Shown here in pieces: positions 28,047 through 38,408 of a stretch of DNA of 64,000 nt. The DNA lies in assembly GCA_965248835.1 (NCBI GenBank), contig CBDFLJ010000001.1:512001-576000 (forward strand), in the 5' to 3' direction. Position numbers and translations under genes: made by a program. The DNA is from Alphaproteobacteria bacterium (GTDB lineage Bacteria > Pseudomonadota > Alphaproteobacteria > MPNO01). The notes under the pieces were generated by a model that saw nothing but the letters and a program-made list of their open reading frames with translations, was not told the origin of the DNA and ran no database searches. Position 1 is the stretch's first letter. Every line of letters starts with the position of its first letter.

Positions 28047-28991
28047 ATGAGCAAGATGCTCGAGCTTCGTGGGCTGACCAAGCGATTCGGACCCCTGACC
28101 GCCGTCGACGGCATCAGTCTGACCGTCGACCGGGGCGAGGTCCTGGGCTTCCTGGGGCCCAACGGTGCCGGCAAGTCGACGACGATGAAAATGGTGACCG
28201 GCTTCCTGCCGCCGAGCGCGGGTACCGCGACGGTCTGCGGTTTCGACGTCGTGCGCGAGCCGTTGGAGGTCAAGCGCCGGGTGGGCTACCTGCCCGAGGG
28301 CGCACCGCTTTATGAGGACATGACCCCGCTGGGTTTCCTCAACTTCGTCAGCGAGGTCCGCGCCATCCCGGCCGACAAGCGCGCCGCGGCGATCGAGCGT
28401 GCCTCGCGGATGATCAACATCACGGACGTGATGCACCAGCCGATCGGCACGCTGTCCAAAGGCTACAAGCGCCGCGTCGGGCTCGCCCAGGCGATCGTCC
28501 ACGACCCCGAGGTCCTGGTCCTGGACGAGCCGACCGATGGGCTGGATCCCAACCAGAAGCACGAGGTGCGCACGCTGATCACCGAGATGGCCGCCAGCAA
28601 GGCGATCGTGATCTCCACGCACCTGCTCGAGGAAGTCGACGCCGTGTGCTCGCGCGCGGTGATCATCTCGCGCGGCAAGGTGATCATCGACGGCACGCCG
28701 GAGGAGCTGCACGCCCAGTCGCGCTATCACAACGCGGTCAGCATCCGCATCGCCTCGGACCGGCTTGCCGCGACCCGCGAAATGCTGAAGGCCATCGGCG
28801 GTGTCGGCAGCGTCGAGGTCGTCGAGGAGGCCGGGTCACGCGTGCTGATCCTGGTCACCCCGCAGAACGGCCAGATGATCATGCCGCAGATCAGCGAGAG
28901 GATTCAGGCCGGTTCGCTGGTAGCCGAGGAGATCGTCGTCGAGCGGGGCCGGCTCGACGAGGTCTTCAGGATGCTAACGGTCGGCGAGTAG
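28047..28991 (+). CDS. ABC transporter ATP-binding protein (GldA-like)
   Basis: GPNGAGKST, LSKGYKRR, LDEP, STH. Confidence 0.93.
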   Translation: MSKMLELRGLTKRFGPLTAVDGISLTVDRGEVLGFLGPNGAGKSTTMKMVTGFLPPSAGTATVCGFDVVREPLEVKRRVGYLPEGAPLYEDMTPLGFLNFVSEVRAIPADKRAAAIERASRMINITDVMHQPIGTLSKGYKRRVGLAQAIVHDPEVLVLDEPTDGLDPNQKHEVRTLITEMAASKAIVISTHLLEEVDAVCSRAVIISRGKVIIDGTPEELHAQSRYHNAVSIRIASDRLAATREMLKAIGGVGSVEVVEEAGSRVLILVTPQNGQMIMPQISERIQAGSLVAEEIVVERGRLDEVFRMLTVGE

Positions 28992-29000
28992 GAAGAAACC

Positions 29001-29735
29001 ATGCAAGCGACCACGGCAATCTGCAAGCGCGAGCTGGTGGCCTATTTCTCGACCCCGCTCGCCTACGTGTTCATCGTGATCTTTCTGGCCCTGACCGGGG
29101 CGGTGACCTTCTATTTCGGCGGGTTCTTCAACCGCGGCCAGGCCGATCTCCAGGCGTTTTTCGCCTTCCATCCCTGGCTCTATCTGTTCCTGATCCCCTC
29201 GATCGGCATGCGGCTGTGGGCCGAGGAGCGCAAGTCCGGCACGATCGAGCTTCTGATGACGCTGCCGGTCTCGACCACGCAGGCGGTGATCGGCAAGTTC
29301 CTGGCCTCGTGGATCTTCGCTGGGATCGCGCTTGCCCTGACCTTCCCGATCTGGATCACGGTCAACTACCTGGGCTCGCCCGATAACGGGGTGATCATTG
29401 TGAGCTATTTCGGCAGCCTGTTGGTGGCCGGCGCATTTCTGTCGATCGGCTGCTTCGTGTCCGCGCTCACCCGCAACCAGGTGATCGCCTTCGTGATCGC
29501 CGCAGCGGTGTGCTTCGTCTTCATGATGAGCGGGCTGGAACTCGTGCTGTCGGCGTTCAAGGGCTGGGCGCCGAGCTTCGTGGTCGATGTGATCGCCTCG
29601 CTCAGCTTCCTGTCGCATTTCGACGGCATCCTCAAGGGCGTCGTCGACGTGCGCGACGTGATCTACCTGCTGTCCGCCATCGTGATCTTCCTGTTCGCCA
29701 ACAAGCTGATGATCGACCTCAAGAGGGGGACCTGA
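29001..29735 (+). CDS. ABC-2 permease (GldF-like)
   Basis: YFSTPLAY, MRLWAEERKSGTIELL, GKFLA, TRNQVIA. Confidence 0.9.
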   Translation: MQATTAICKRELVAYFSTPLAYVFIVIFLALTGAVTFYFGGFFNRGQADLQAFFAFHPWLYLFLIPSIGMRLWAEERKSGTIELLMTLPVSTTQAVIGKFLASWIFAGIALALTFPIWITVNYLGSPDNGVIIVSYFGSLLVAGAFLSIGCFVSALTRNQVIAFVIAAAVCFVFMMSGLELVLSAFKGWAPSFVVDVIASLSFLSHFDGILKGVVDVRDVIYLLSAIVIFLFANKLMIDLKRGT

Positions 29736-29736
29736 G

Positions 29737-31644
29737 GTGTATTTCTGGGATCAGCGGAAACTCGGCGTCGCCGGTCTCGTCCTTGCGATCGTCCTGTTTC
29801 TCGCGCTCAACATCTTTTCCAACGGCGCGCTGAGGAACCTGCAGGCCGATCTGACATCGGACGGGCTGTATTCGGTCTCCGAAGGCACCGAGAAGGTGCT
29901 GGCCGAACTGAACGAGCGGATTACGCTGCGCTTTTTCGTCTCGCGCGCGTTGCTGGATGCGAGCCCGGGGCTGGGCACTTATTCGACCCGCGCCCAGGAG
30001 TTGGTCCAGCGCTATGTCGACCGGTCGGGCGGCAAGATCCGGCTGGAGGTCATCGATCCCAAGCCGTTTTCGCCCGAGGAGGACCGCGCGGTCGGGTTCG
30101 GCCTCCAGGGCGTGCCGCTTAGCGAGGTGGGCGAACTCGGCTATTTCGGCATTGCCGGCACCAACACCACCGACGACCAGGACGTGCTCGCCTTCCTGCA
30201 ACCGCAGCGCGAGCCGTTCCTCGAATACGACCTCACCCGGTTGATCCACAACCTCGCCAACCCCAAGAAGAAGGTCATCGGCCTAGTCTCCGGCATCCCG
30301 ATCGATGCCGACCCCGCCATGCAGTACAAGCCCTGGCGGGTGGTCGAGCAGATGAAGCAGTTCTTCGAGGTCAAGAGCCTCGGGCTCGATCCGAAGATCA
30401 CCGGAGACATCGATGTCCTGATGATCGTCCACCCGTTCGGGTTGAGCGAGGAGACGCAGTATGCGGTCGACCAGTTCGTGATGCGCGGCGGCAAGACGAT
30501 GATCTTCGTCGACCCCTTTGCCGAGGAGGGCTCGCGCTCGAACGCCGCCATGCGGCTGCCGCCCGACTACGGCTCCAACATGGAAAAGCTGTTCAAGGCC
30601 TGGGGGATCGAATACAGCCAGGACGAGGTTCTGGGCGATCTCGGCTCGGCCCAGCGGGTGAGCGCCGGCGTCGATCCGCGCGGCCGGCCGATCATTACCG
30701 ACTACGTCGCCTGGCTGACGCTGCGGCCGGAGCGCTTCAATCCCGATGATGTGATCACCGGGCAGCTTGGTCTGATCAACGTGGCGAGCGCGGGCTTCAT
30801 CGACAAGGCCAAGGACGCCACAATCACCTTCGAGCCGCTGATCACCTCGACCAAGGCCGCCGCCCCCGTCGAGGCCCAGAAGGTGCGTTTCCAGCCCAAC
30901 CCGGCGGAGATCCTCAAGGCGTTTGAGCCGAAGGACAAGTCATTGACCCTGGCCGCCCGGATCGGAGGCAAGCTCAAGAGCGCCTTCCCCGCCGGCGCGC
31001 CCAAACCGAAGGATGCCGACAAGGACGCCGAAGAGGCGGACAAGCCGGCGCCCCACTTGGCGGAGTCCAAGGATGTCGTCAACCTCATCGTCGTTGCCGA
31101 CAGCGATATCCTGGCCGATTCTTTCTGGCTTCAGACCCAGGATTTCTTCGGCCAGAGACTCGTCACCCCGGTCGCTGACAACGCCAACTTCGTGATCAAC
31201 GCGCTGGACAACCTCTCGGGCTCGAGCGCCCTGATCAGCCTCAGGAGCCGAGGCCTGTCCAGCCGCCCGTTCGAGCACGTGCTCAAGATCCAGAAGGAGG
31301 CGGAACTCAAATACCGTGACCGCGAGCGCGCTCTGGTCAAGCAGCTCGAAGACGTGGAGAGCAAGCTCGAGGACCTTCAGACGAAGGAGAAGGCTGGCGG
31401 CGGTGCCATCCTGTCGGAAAAGCAGCAGGAGGCGATCGACAAGTTCCGTCTCGAGATCCGCAAGGTCCGCCGCGATTTGCGCGACGTCCGCCGCGACCTG
31501 CGCGAGGACATCGACACGCTCGATGCCTGGATCAAGGTGCTCAATATCGTTGCGATGCCCGTCCTGATCGCCTTGTTCGCCATCGTCTTTCTGGTCGCGC
31601 GCGGCCGGCGGATGCGCCGGCACAGCGCCGCCCCGGCCGCCTGA
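29737..31644 (+). CDS. GldG-family ABC accessory protein
   Basis: DLTSDGLYSVS, LEYDLT, DQFVMRGGK, VADSD, NANFVINALD, LISLRSR, C-terminal coiled coil and TM helix. Confidence 0.85.
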   Translation: MYFWDQRKLGVAGLVLAIVLFLALNIFSNGALRNLQADLTSDGLYSVSEGTEKVLAELNERITLRFFVSRALLDASPGLGTYSTRAQELVQRYVDRSGGKIRLEVIDPKPFSPEEDRAVGFGLQGVPLSEVGELGYFGIAGTNTTDDQDVLAFLQPQREPFLEYDLTRLIHNLANPKKKVIGLVSGIPIDADPAMQYKPWRVVEQMKQFFEVKSLGLDPKITGDIDVLMIVHPFGLSEETQYAVDQFVMRGGKTMIFVDPFAEEGSRSNAAMRLPPDYGSNMEKLFKAWGIEYSQDEVLGDLGSAQRVSAGVDPRGRPIITDYVAWLTLRPERFNPDDVITGQLGLINVASAGFIDKAKDATITFEPLITSTKAAAPVEAQKVRFQPNPAEILKAFEPKDKSLTLAARIGGKLKSAFPAGAPKPKDADKDAEEADKPAPHLAESKDVVNLIVVADSDILADSFWLQTQDFFGQRLVTPVADNANFVINALDNLSGSSALISLRSRGLSSRPFEHVLKIQKEAELKYRDRERALVKQLEDVESKLEDLQTKEKAGGGAILSEKQQEAIDKFRLEIRKVRRDLRDVRRDLREDIDTLDAWIKVLNIVAMPVLIALFAIVFLVARGRRMRRHSAAPAA

Positions 31645-31668
31645 GCGCTGCGAGGAGAGCTTACGCCG

Positions 31669-32721
31669 ATGAAACCCGGATCGTTCCTGAGCCTGGCCGC
31701 GCTGACGGTTATCGTGGTGATCGCCGCGGTGGTAACGGTTTTCCAGCAACGGGCGCTGACCACCATTGCGACCGATCGCGAGCGGGCCTTCGCGACGCTT
31801 GCCGATCGGGTCAACGATGCCGTCGAGGTCGAGATCGTCTCCACCGAGGCCAAGTTCGCGCTGGTCAAGAGCGGCAATGACTGGGGCCTGAAGGACCGCG
31901 CGAACTATCCGATCCACTTCGACAGGATCAAGAAGACGATCGTCGGGCTGGCCGAGCTCAAGCTGCTCGAAGCCAAGACCAGAGATCCGGCGCGCCACGA
32001 GCGGCTGCAGCTCAACGAGCCCGACGAGGAAGGGGCCCAGTCGGTCCGCTTCGCGATCAGCGACTCCAGGGGCGCGGTGCTCGCCGAGGGCGTGATCGGC
32101 AAGCAGAACCCCAACCTGTTCGGCGAAAGCGGCGGCGGCACCTATCTGCGGCGCGGCAAGCAGGCCCAGACCTGGCTTGCCGAGGGCGAGGTGGCGCTGG
32201 GCAAGACCCGCAACGACTGGCTGGTCCGCGACATCGTCGACATCGACGCCGAGTCCATCCGCCGCGCCGTGATCCGCCAGCCCGACGGCGCGGAGATCAC
32301 CGTGCGCAAGGACAAGGAAAAGGACGGCAAGTTCACGCTGGAGGGCATCCCCAAAGGCCGCAAGCTCAAGGATTCCGGCGAGGCGAAGAACCTCGCCGGC
32401 GGCCTGTGGCGGCTGACCTTGGAAGACGTCAAGCCGGCCAAGGACATCGCCTTCCCGCCCAAATTCAACACCGCCGAGTACGAGACCTTCGACGGGCTGA
32501 AGGTCCGGGTCGAGATGACCATGGTGGACGACGTCGTCTGGGGCCGCTTCAGTGCCTCGGCGGAAGGCGCCACCGGCGATAAGGCCGGCGAGGTCAGGAA
32601 AAAGGCAGACGAGATAAACGGCCGCGCGACGGGCTGGATCTACGAGCTGTCGGCCGGCGAGGGCGAGAAGCTCACCACCAAGATCGAGGACATCCTCGAG
32701 AAGCCGGCCAAGAACTCCTGA
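31669..32721 (+). CDS. DUF4340-domain periplasmic protein
   Basis: Single N-terminal TM helix; EAKT, YLRR...WL; usual fourth gene of gldAFG-like operons. Confidence 0.75.
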   Translation: MKPGSFLSLAALTVIVVIAAVVTVFQQRALTTIATDRERAFATLADRVNDAVEVEIVSTEAKFALVKSGNDWGLKDRANYPIHFDRIKKTIVGLAELKLLEAKTRDPARHERLQLNEPDEEGAQSVRFAISDSRGAVLAEGVIGKQNPNLFGESGGGTYLRRGKQAQTWLAEGEVALGKTRNDWLVRDIVDIDAESIRRAVIRQPDGAEITVRKDKEKDGKFTLEGIPKGRKLKDSGEAKNLAGGLWRLTLEDVKPAKDIAFPPKFNTAEYETFDGLKVRVEMTMVDDVVWGRFSASAEGATGDKAGEVRKKADEINGRATGWIYELSAGEGEKLTTKIEDILEKPAKNS

Positions 32722-32733
32722 GGCCGGCGTCCA

Positions 32734-33807
32734 ATGCGTGTCCTGCTGCTGCGGCCGACCGACCTCCAGGGCCTCCTCAGCATGGAAGATGCGATCGACG
32801 TGATCGAGCAGGGCTATGCCGAGGCGGCGGCGTATCCGGTGATCAACGCCCCGCGCCGGCGGGTACACTCGCCCGACGGCGTTCGGGTCAGCAACTTCCC
32901 CGGCGGCGTGCACGGGCTGGGGGTGATCGGCGCCCAGACCAGGGCCGAGCGGGTCGTGCAGACCGAGACCAACCAGAGCTATTCGTTTCGCGGCCCGCCG
33001 GTCCACGTGCTCAGCAGCTCGGCCACCGGCGAGCTGCTGGCCATCCTGATCGGCGAGATCGACGAGAAGACGCTCGGGCCGACCAGCCTGATGGCCTTTC
33101 GCACCGCCGCGGCGAGCGGCGTCGGCTTCCGGCACCTGGCGCGCACCGACGCGCGGACCTGCGGGCTGTTCGGCTCCGGCGGGCAGGCCGCGAACCAGCT
33201 TCTGGCGCTGATCACCACCCGGCCGATCGAGCGCGTCAGGCTGTACAGCCGCGACCCCGACAACCGCCAACGCTTCGCCGCAACCTATGGGCCGCGCTTC
33301 GGCGTGGAGATCGAGCCGGTCGACACGCCGCGCGCGGCGGTCGACGGCGCGGACGTGATCATCGGGGCGACCAACACCAACGTGCCGCTGTTCGACGGCG
33401 AATGGCTGGTCCCCGGCCAGCACGTCACCGGGATCATCGGCTCCAACATCCAGCTCGTCCAGGGCGGCTTCCTGAAGCGCCGGCGCCGCGAGATCGACGA
33501 CAGGACCGCCGAACGGGCCGATGTCGTGGTCGCCAACCTGCGCGATTCGGTGCTGTCGGAGCAGCAGGGCGATCTGTTCGAGCCGATCGAGCGCGGCCTG
33601 ATCGCGGCCGAGGACATCATCGATCTCGGCGATGTCGCCCGCGGCGCGGTGCCGGGGCGGACATCGGCCGAGCAGATCACCTATCACAAGAACAACAACG
33701 GCACCGGGGCCTCGGAGCTCGGCCTTGCCATGCGCGCCTACACGCTCGCCAGGCAAGCCGGCCGGGGCATCGAGATCGACCTCGATCCAGCGCCCGATCC
33801 CGCGTGA
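32734..33807 (+). CDS. Ornithine cyclodeaminase / mu-crystallin-family protein
   Basis: FRTAAASG, GLFGSGGQA, GATN, PGQHVTGI, REID. Confidence 0.87.
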   Translation: MRVLLLRPTDLQGLLSMEDAIDVIEQGYAEAAAYPVINAPRRRVHSPDGVRVSNFPGGVHGLGVIGAQTRAERVVQTETNQSYSFRGPPVHVLSSSATGELLAILIGEIDEKTLGPTSLMAFRTAAASGVGFRHLARTDARTCGLFGSGGQAANQLLALITTRPIERVRLYSRDPDNRQRFAATYGPRFGVEIEPVDTPRAAVDGADVIIGATNTNVPLFDGEWLVPGQHVTGIIGSNIQLVQGGFLKRRRREIDDRTAERADVVVANLRDSVLSEQQGDLFEPIERGLIAAEDIIDLGDVARGAVPGRTSAEQITYHKNNNGTGASELGLAMRAYTLARQAGRGIEIDLDPAPDPA

Positions 33808-33817
33808 TCGGGCGCCC

Positions 33818-34558
33818 ATGCTCGATGCGCTCGATTTCACGACAGCCCAATATGCGGCGATCGCGGCGATCGCGCTGCTCGGCGGGCTGGTGCGCGGCTT
33901 CGGCGGCTTCGGCAGCGCGCTGGTCGTTACCCCGGTCCTGAGCATCGTCGTCGGGGCGCGCGCGGCCGTGCCGGCGGTGATGATCGTCCTGCTGGTTACC
34001 ACGCTGCAGCTCATCCCCAGCACCTGGCCGCATGTGCGCTGGCGCCAGCAATGGGCGTTGTCGATCGCCGGCTGCGTCGGCGTGCCGTTGGGCGGTATGG
34101 TCCTGCTGGCGCTCGACCCGGAGGTGCTGCGCCGCGCGATCTCGGCAACCACCGCGGCCTCGGCCCTGCTCCTGATGTCCGGCTGGCGCTATTCCGGCAG
34201 CTATTCCAATCCGGCCGCGGCCGCGGCCGGCGGGCTCGGCGGTTTCATCTCCGGCGCCGGGTCGGTCGGCGGCCCGCCGGTCGTCGCCTATCTGCTTGCC
34301 GGGCCGGGCAGCGCGGCCGAGGTGCGCGCGGACATCGTGTACTATTTCGTGTTCACCCAGGTCGTGAGCCTGGTCTTCTATGGCGTGAGCGGCCTGCTCG
34401 GGCTGGAGGTGATGGTGGCCGCGCTGCTGATCGCGCCGACCCTGCTGATCGGGACCTGGATCGGCACGAAGCTGTTCGTGCTGGCAAGCGAGATGATCTT
34501 CCGCCGGTTCGCCTTGGTCCTGCTCCTGGTGATCGGCGTCGTAACGTTGGCGATCTGA
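33818..34558 (+). CDS. TauE/SafE-family membrane protein
   Basis: RGFGGFGSAL, GGPP, about 8 TM segments. Confidence 0.85.
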   Translation: MLDALDFTTAQYAAIAAIALLGGLVRGFGGFGSALVVTPVLSIVVGARAAVPAVMIVLLVTTLQLIPSTWPHVRWRQQWALSIAGCVGVPLGGMVLLALDPEVLRRAISATTAASALLLMSGWRYSGSYSNPAAAAAGGLGGFISGAGSVGGPPVVAYLLAGPGSAAEVRADIVYYFVFTQVVSLVFYGVSGLLGLEVMVAALLIAPTLLIGTWIGTKLFVLASEMIFRRFALVLLLVIGVVTLAI

Positions 34559-34574
34559 AGCTCGGGCCGGTCCT

Positions 34575-35342
34575 TCAGACTTCTTCCTGCTCCGACATCG
34601 ACACGCCGGGCGGCAGGTCGAACAGGCCGTCGGGCAAGCCCTCGATATACGCGATCGCCTCCTCGGTGCCGATCACATCGGCATATTTGGCGTGCATGTC
34701 GCACAGGTTGATTGCGTGGCTCGCTTCGGAGCGGTCGAAGCAGCCCTCCTCGACCAGTGTGGTGCGGAAGTTCTCGCTGAACGCATCGAGGACCGAGGCG
34801 CGCACGCAGCCGCTGGTGGTGGTCCCGACCATCAGGATGGAATCGGCCTTGAGGTTGGTCAGGAACGAGGACAGCGGGGTGCCGTGGAACGCGCTGGGCT
34901 TGAGCTTCTCGATCACGATGTCCTGTGGGCCGGGCGCGATGACGTGGTTGATCGCGTTGCCGTCGAGGTTGGTGTTGCGCCGATCATCGTGCGAGCGCCA
35001 TTCGCCGGTGCGCTTGTTCTTCCAGGCCCAGGACCCGCGGTCCCAGCCGTCGGCGCGCATCGAGGCGGTGGTGTAGATCACCGGGATCCCCTTGGCGCGT
35101 CCGGCATCGATCAGCCGCTTGATGTAGGTCATCGATTCCCACGCCTCTTCGCCGCAGGAGTTCGGCCAGGTCTTGACCGATTCCAGGATCGGCTCGGGCC
35201 TGTCGCCGGTGAAGTTGTAGTTGACGTCGATGACCACGATCACTGGCCGGTCGCCGAACCCGGCGCGCTCGCCATAGCCCGCGGCCTCGAAGACCGCCTT
35301 GTCGCGCTCGGTGAGAAACTTGTTCCAGACCGGTTCCTTCAT
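34575..35342 (-). CDS. Isochorismatase-family cysteine hydrolase (maleamate amidase / N-carbamoylsarcosine amidase-like)
   Basis: VIDV, EKLKPSAFHGT, TTSGCVRAS catalytic D-K-C triad; DMHAKYADV. Confidence 0.88.
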   Translation of the reverse strand: MKEPVWNKFLTERDKAVFEAAGYGERAGFGDRPVIVVIDVNYNFTGDRPEPILESVKTWPNSCGEEAWESMTYIKRLIDAGRAKGIPVIYTTASMRADGWDRGSWAWKNKRTGEWRSHDDRRNTNLDGNAINHVIAPGPQDIVIEKLKPSAFHGTPLSSFLTNLKADSILMVGTTTSGCVRASVLDAFSENFRTTLVEEGCFDRSEASHAINLCDMHAKYADVIGTEEAIAYIEGLPDGLFDLPPGVSMSEQEEV

Positions 35343-35458
35343 CGTCTTGCCTCCGGGGGCGAGGTTGCGTCATCATGTCCGGCGAAAACCCTAAGCCCCC
35401 GCGGGGCGGCGCGCAACTGCCCGAGAGCGCCGCGGGGCGCCGGCGGAGGAACCGCGAA

Positions 35459-35887
35459 ATGAAGATCGACAGCCTCAACCACATCAACATCCGCACGATG
35501 CAGATGGAGGAGACCAAGGACTGGTACTGCGACGTGCTCGGCCTCGAAATCGGCTTCCGTCCGCCGTTCGACGAGCACGGCTATTGGCTGTATGCCGGTG
35601 ACGTGGCGATCGTCCACCTGTCCTACAGCGAGGACGGCAAGCCGCGGCGCACCGTGGCGGAGGCGATGGGCGAGGGGCTCGATCACATCGGGCTGTTCTG
35701 CACCGGCTATCACGACATGCTGGCGCGGCTCGAACGGTTGTCGATCGAGCGCGACAAGCGCCTGGTCGGCGGCGGCAAGATCGCCCAGGTCTTCCTATAC
35801 GATCCCAACGGAGTCCTGGTCGAGCTCGGCTACGACGTGGAGTCCGAAGGCATCGACATCAGAACCTTCGAGAAGGTCCCGGCTTAG
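35459..35887 (+). CDS. VOC/glyoxalase-family protein
   Basis: LNHINI, RPPF, LDHIG, DPNGVLVEL. Confidence 0.85.
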   Translation: MKIDSLNHINIRTMQMEETKDWYCDVLGLEIGFRPPFDEHGYWLYAGDVAIVHLSYSEDGKPRRTVAEAMGEGLDHIGLFCTGYHDMLARLERLSIERDKRLVGGGKIAQVFLYDPNGVLVELGYDVESEGIDIRTFEKVPA

Positions 35888-36003
35888 CCGGGCTTCAAAG
35901 AAACACTTACTGGGCCGCAGCGGACGAATTCCGCGATAAAGCACGCTGTGGTAACAGTGGGATTTTTAAATCGCGCTAAGGTAGCATTCCTGTTGAGTCA
36001 AGA

Positions 36004-38408
36004 ATGATCTCGACCTGGGGAGTGGGAATGATGTCGACGGACAACGCGGCGGCGGTATCGCGACGGACGAGCATGCCAGCGGCGGTGCACGGCAGAGCCA
36101 TCGGTTTCCCTGCCTTCGATCCCAGCTTCAAGCCGATGATCGCGTTGTGCGCCGTCGTTCTGGTCGTCACGGCCTGCAAGACGACCGGTTCAACGCCCGG
36201 GCCGGATTCCTACAACATGTTCTTTTCCCCGGCGGATCACCTCACCGAACTGACGGCGGCTGGCAAGATCGATGAGGCGGGCAAGGTCTATGAAGCCCAA
36301 CGGGAATACTTCACGCCGGATTCCAAGAAGCGGGCTGCGGTCGTCGGCGAATATTGGAACGCGCTGAGGGCTCGGCTCGACCCGCGAATCGACGCCGCAA
36401 GCCGGCGGCTCGGGACGCTTTCCTGGCCGGTCAGCGTGGATCGATGGGCTGAAGCGCGCGAGACACTTTCTGCGACCCGACAGGTCATCGAGGCTATCGA
36501 GGCGAACCTGATCGTCGCCGAAAAGCGGTTCCCGTTCCACGCCCTAAAGGATTTGAAGACGGCGTTGTCGGCAACCGAAACGACCATCCACGACGACGCT
36601 TCGACCCAATTGGCGAAATATGACCTGACCGGCAGCGCGGATTTCTTCGCGACCTATCCGGCCGCGGTGAACGCCCGATCGGTTTTTTCCACTGCAGCCG
36701 AGGCACTGGTTGACCGGTTCGCCGACGCCACGCGCGAAGACCTTGTGCGGATCCACGAGACCTATCGCCAAGCGCTGACCGAGTCGCTGAATCGGGCGCT
36801 CGGCAAGCGCTATTTCGACCTTGCCCGGGAAAACCGCGGCGGGACCGGGGGCAGGGACTTGAAAACCATCGTTTCGGCTGCCTTGGAGACCCGCGCAGCA
36901 GGGCTGCCGCTCGACCGGATCGACGGCGTCAAGCTCGGCATGATCGAGATTACCAGCGAGACGCTGTTGCGGGAGGGGCAGATCGACTATCCGATTTCGA
37001 TCGAGATCGATCTGCCGTTCGATGCGGAGAAGGCGGAGCTCGATGCCGCGTTCACCGGCGATCAGGCGCAGGCGGCCGACCATCTGTTTGTCGTCGATGT
37101 CGCGCTGGCCAAGGCCTCGCGGCGCGTTCTGGGGATCGACAAGACGCCGTCCACTATTCTGTCCCATTACCGGGAAGACCCGAACCCGCAATACAATCTC
37201 GTGCAGAACGAGGTGAACAATGCACGAATGACCGCCCAGCAATCCGCGTTCGCGACCACCGCAGCGGCCAACCAGTTCTGCCAAGGCATGGCCTGCATCG
37301 GCCGGCTCGTGGCTGTCTACGCCGCCAAGGCACGGCAGGACGAAGCCGAGGCGGCGCTGCAAGCCGCGATGACCAAGCTCGGGCAAACATCTCAGACGGT
37401 CAAGACGCCGGTCTTCCGCGACTATGCGTTCGATGTCGCAAATATAAAGACGAACAAGACCACGACCGTCAATTACTATATCATCGACCGCGTACGCAAA
37501 AATACTTCAAATCGACCTTCGATATAGTCGAGGACAAGTCGTTCCGGGTGGCCTACAACGTCGACGATCGGGATCCGAAGAGAACCGAATACGTCGAGGG
37601 CAACGACAGCGAAACGGATGTCGACGAATGGGAACGGGCGCCCGCGACAGTGCCCCTGACGCGGCTTGCCCGGCACTATTTTGACAATGCCGATGGCGAA
37701 AAGCCGCTGCCCCGCCTGGCCGCCATTCGCCGCGAGATGCTGGCCGACAAGAACGTCGCCTTGGCCCGCTACCGGGCCGATCAGTTCAAAACCCGCCCGG
37801 TCGAAGATCCGCGCCTCAAACACGTTGTCGTGGTTTATACGTCAAAGAGCCTGGGCAGCGGCTTCTTCGTCAAGGCGGACATCGTGCTCACCAACTGGCA
37901 TGTTGTCGACAACCAGAAATTCATCGAGATGAAGATGCATGGCGGGCAGGAGACGTTCGGCAAGGTCATCGCGAAGGACGTGCGGCTCGACCTGGCTTTG
38001 GTCAGGGTTCAACAGAGGGGCGCTCCGGTTGCGCTATACGGTGAAAAAAAGCTGGAATTGGGACGAACGGTAGAGGCGATCGGCCATCCCAAGGGGCTCG
38101 AATTCTCCGTAACCCGCGGCGTGATAAGCGCGGTGCGCGAGCACCCGAGCATCAACTTGCCGCCCGGCGCCGGCAAGGCGGTGCTTTATCTGCAGACCGA
38201 TGCGCCGATTAATCGCGGAAATTCGGGCGGTCCGTTATTCCTCGGCGACAAGGTCGTTGGCGTGAATACATGGAAACAGCCCGACATCCAAGTGAGAGGC
38301 GGCCAGGCGGTAAACGTGGGTGAGGGATTGAACTTTTCCGTCCATTACTTCGAGGTCGAGAAATTTCTCAAGGATTACCTGACGAGTTACGGAACGGGAG
38401 CGTCGTGA
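36004..38408 (+). pseudogene. Large lipoprotein with C-terminal trypsin-like serine protease, split by a 1-nt frameshift (ORFs 36004-37527 and 37548-38408)
   Basis: Lipobox-like VVTAC; one extra A in the A5 run at 37498-37502 gives a continuous ...VRKKYFKSTFDIVEDKSFRVAYNV...; protease motifs GSGF, TNWH, DLAL, GNSGGP. Confidence 0.75.

Noticed and set aside
30940-34152. 1070-aa minus-strand ORF
   Set aside because: Antisense shadow of the gldG-like, DUF4340 and cyclodeaminase genes
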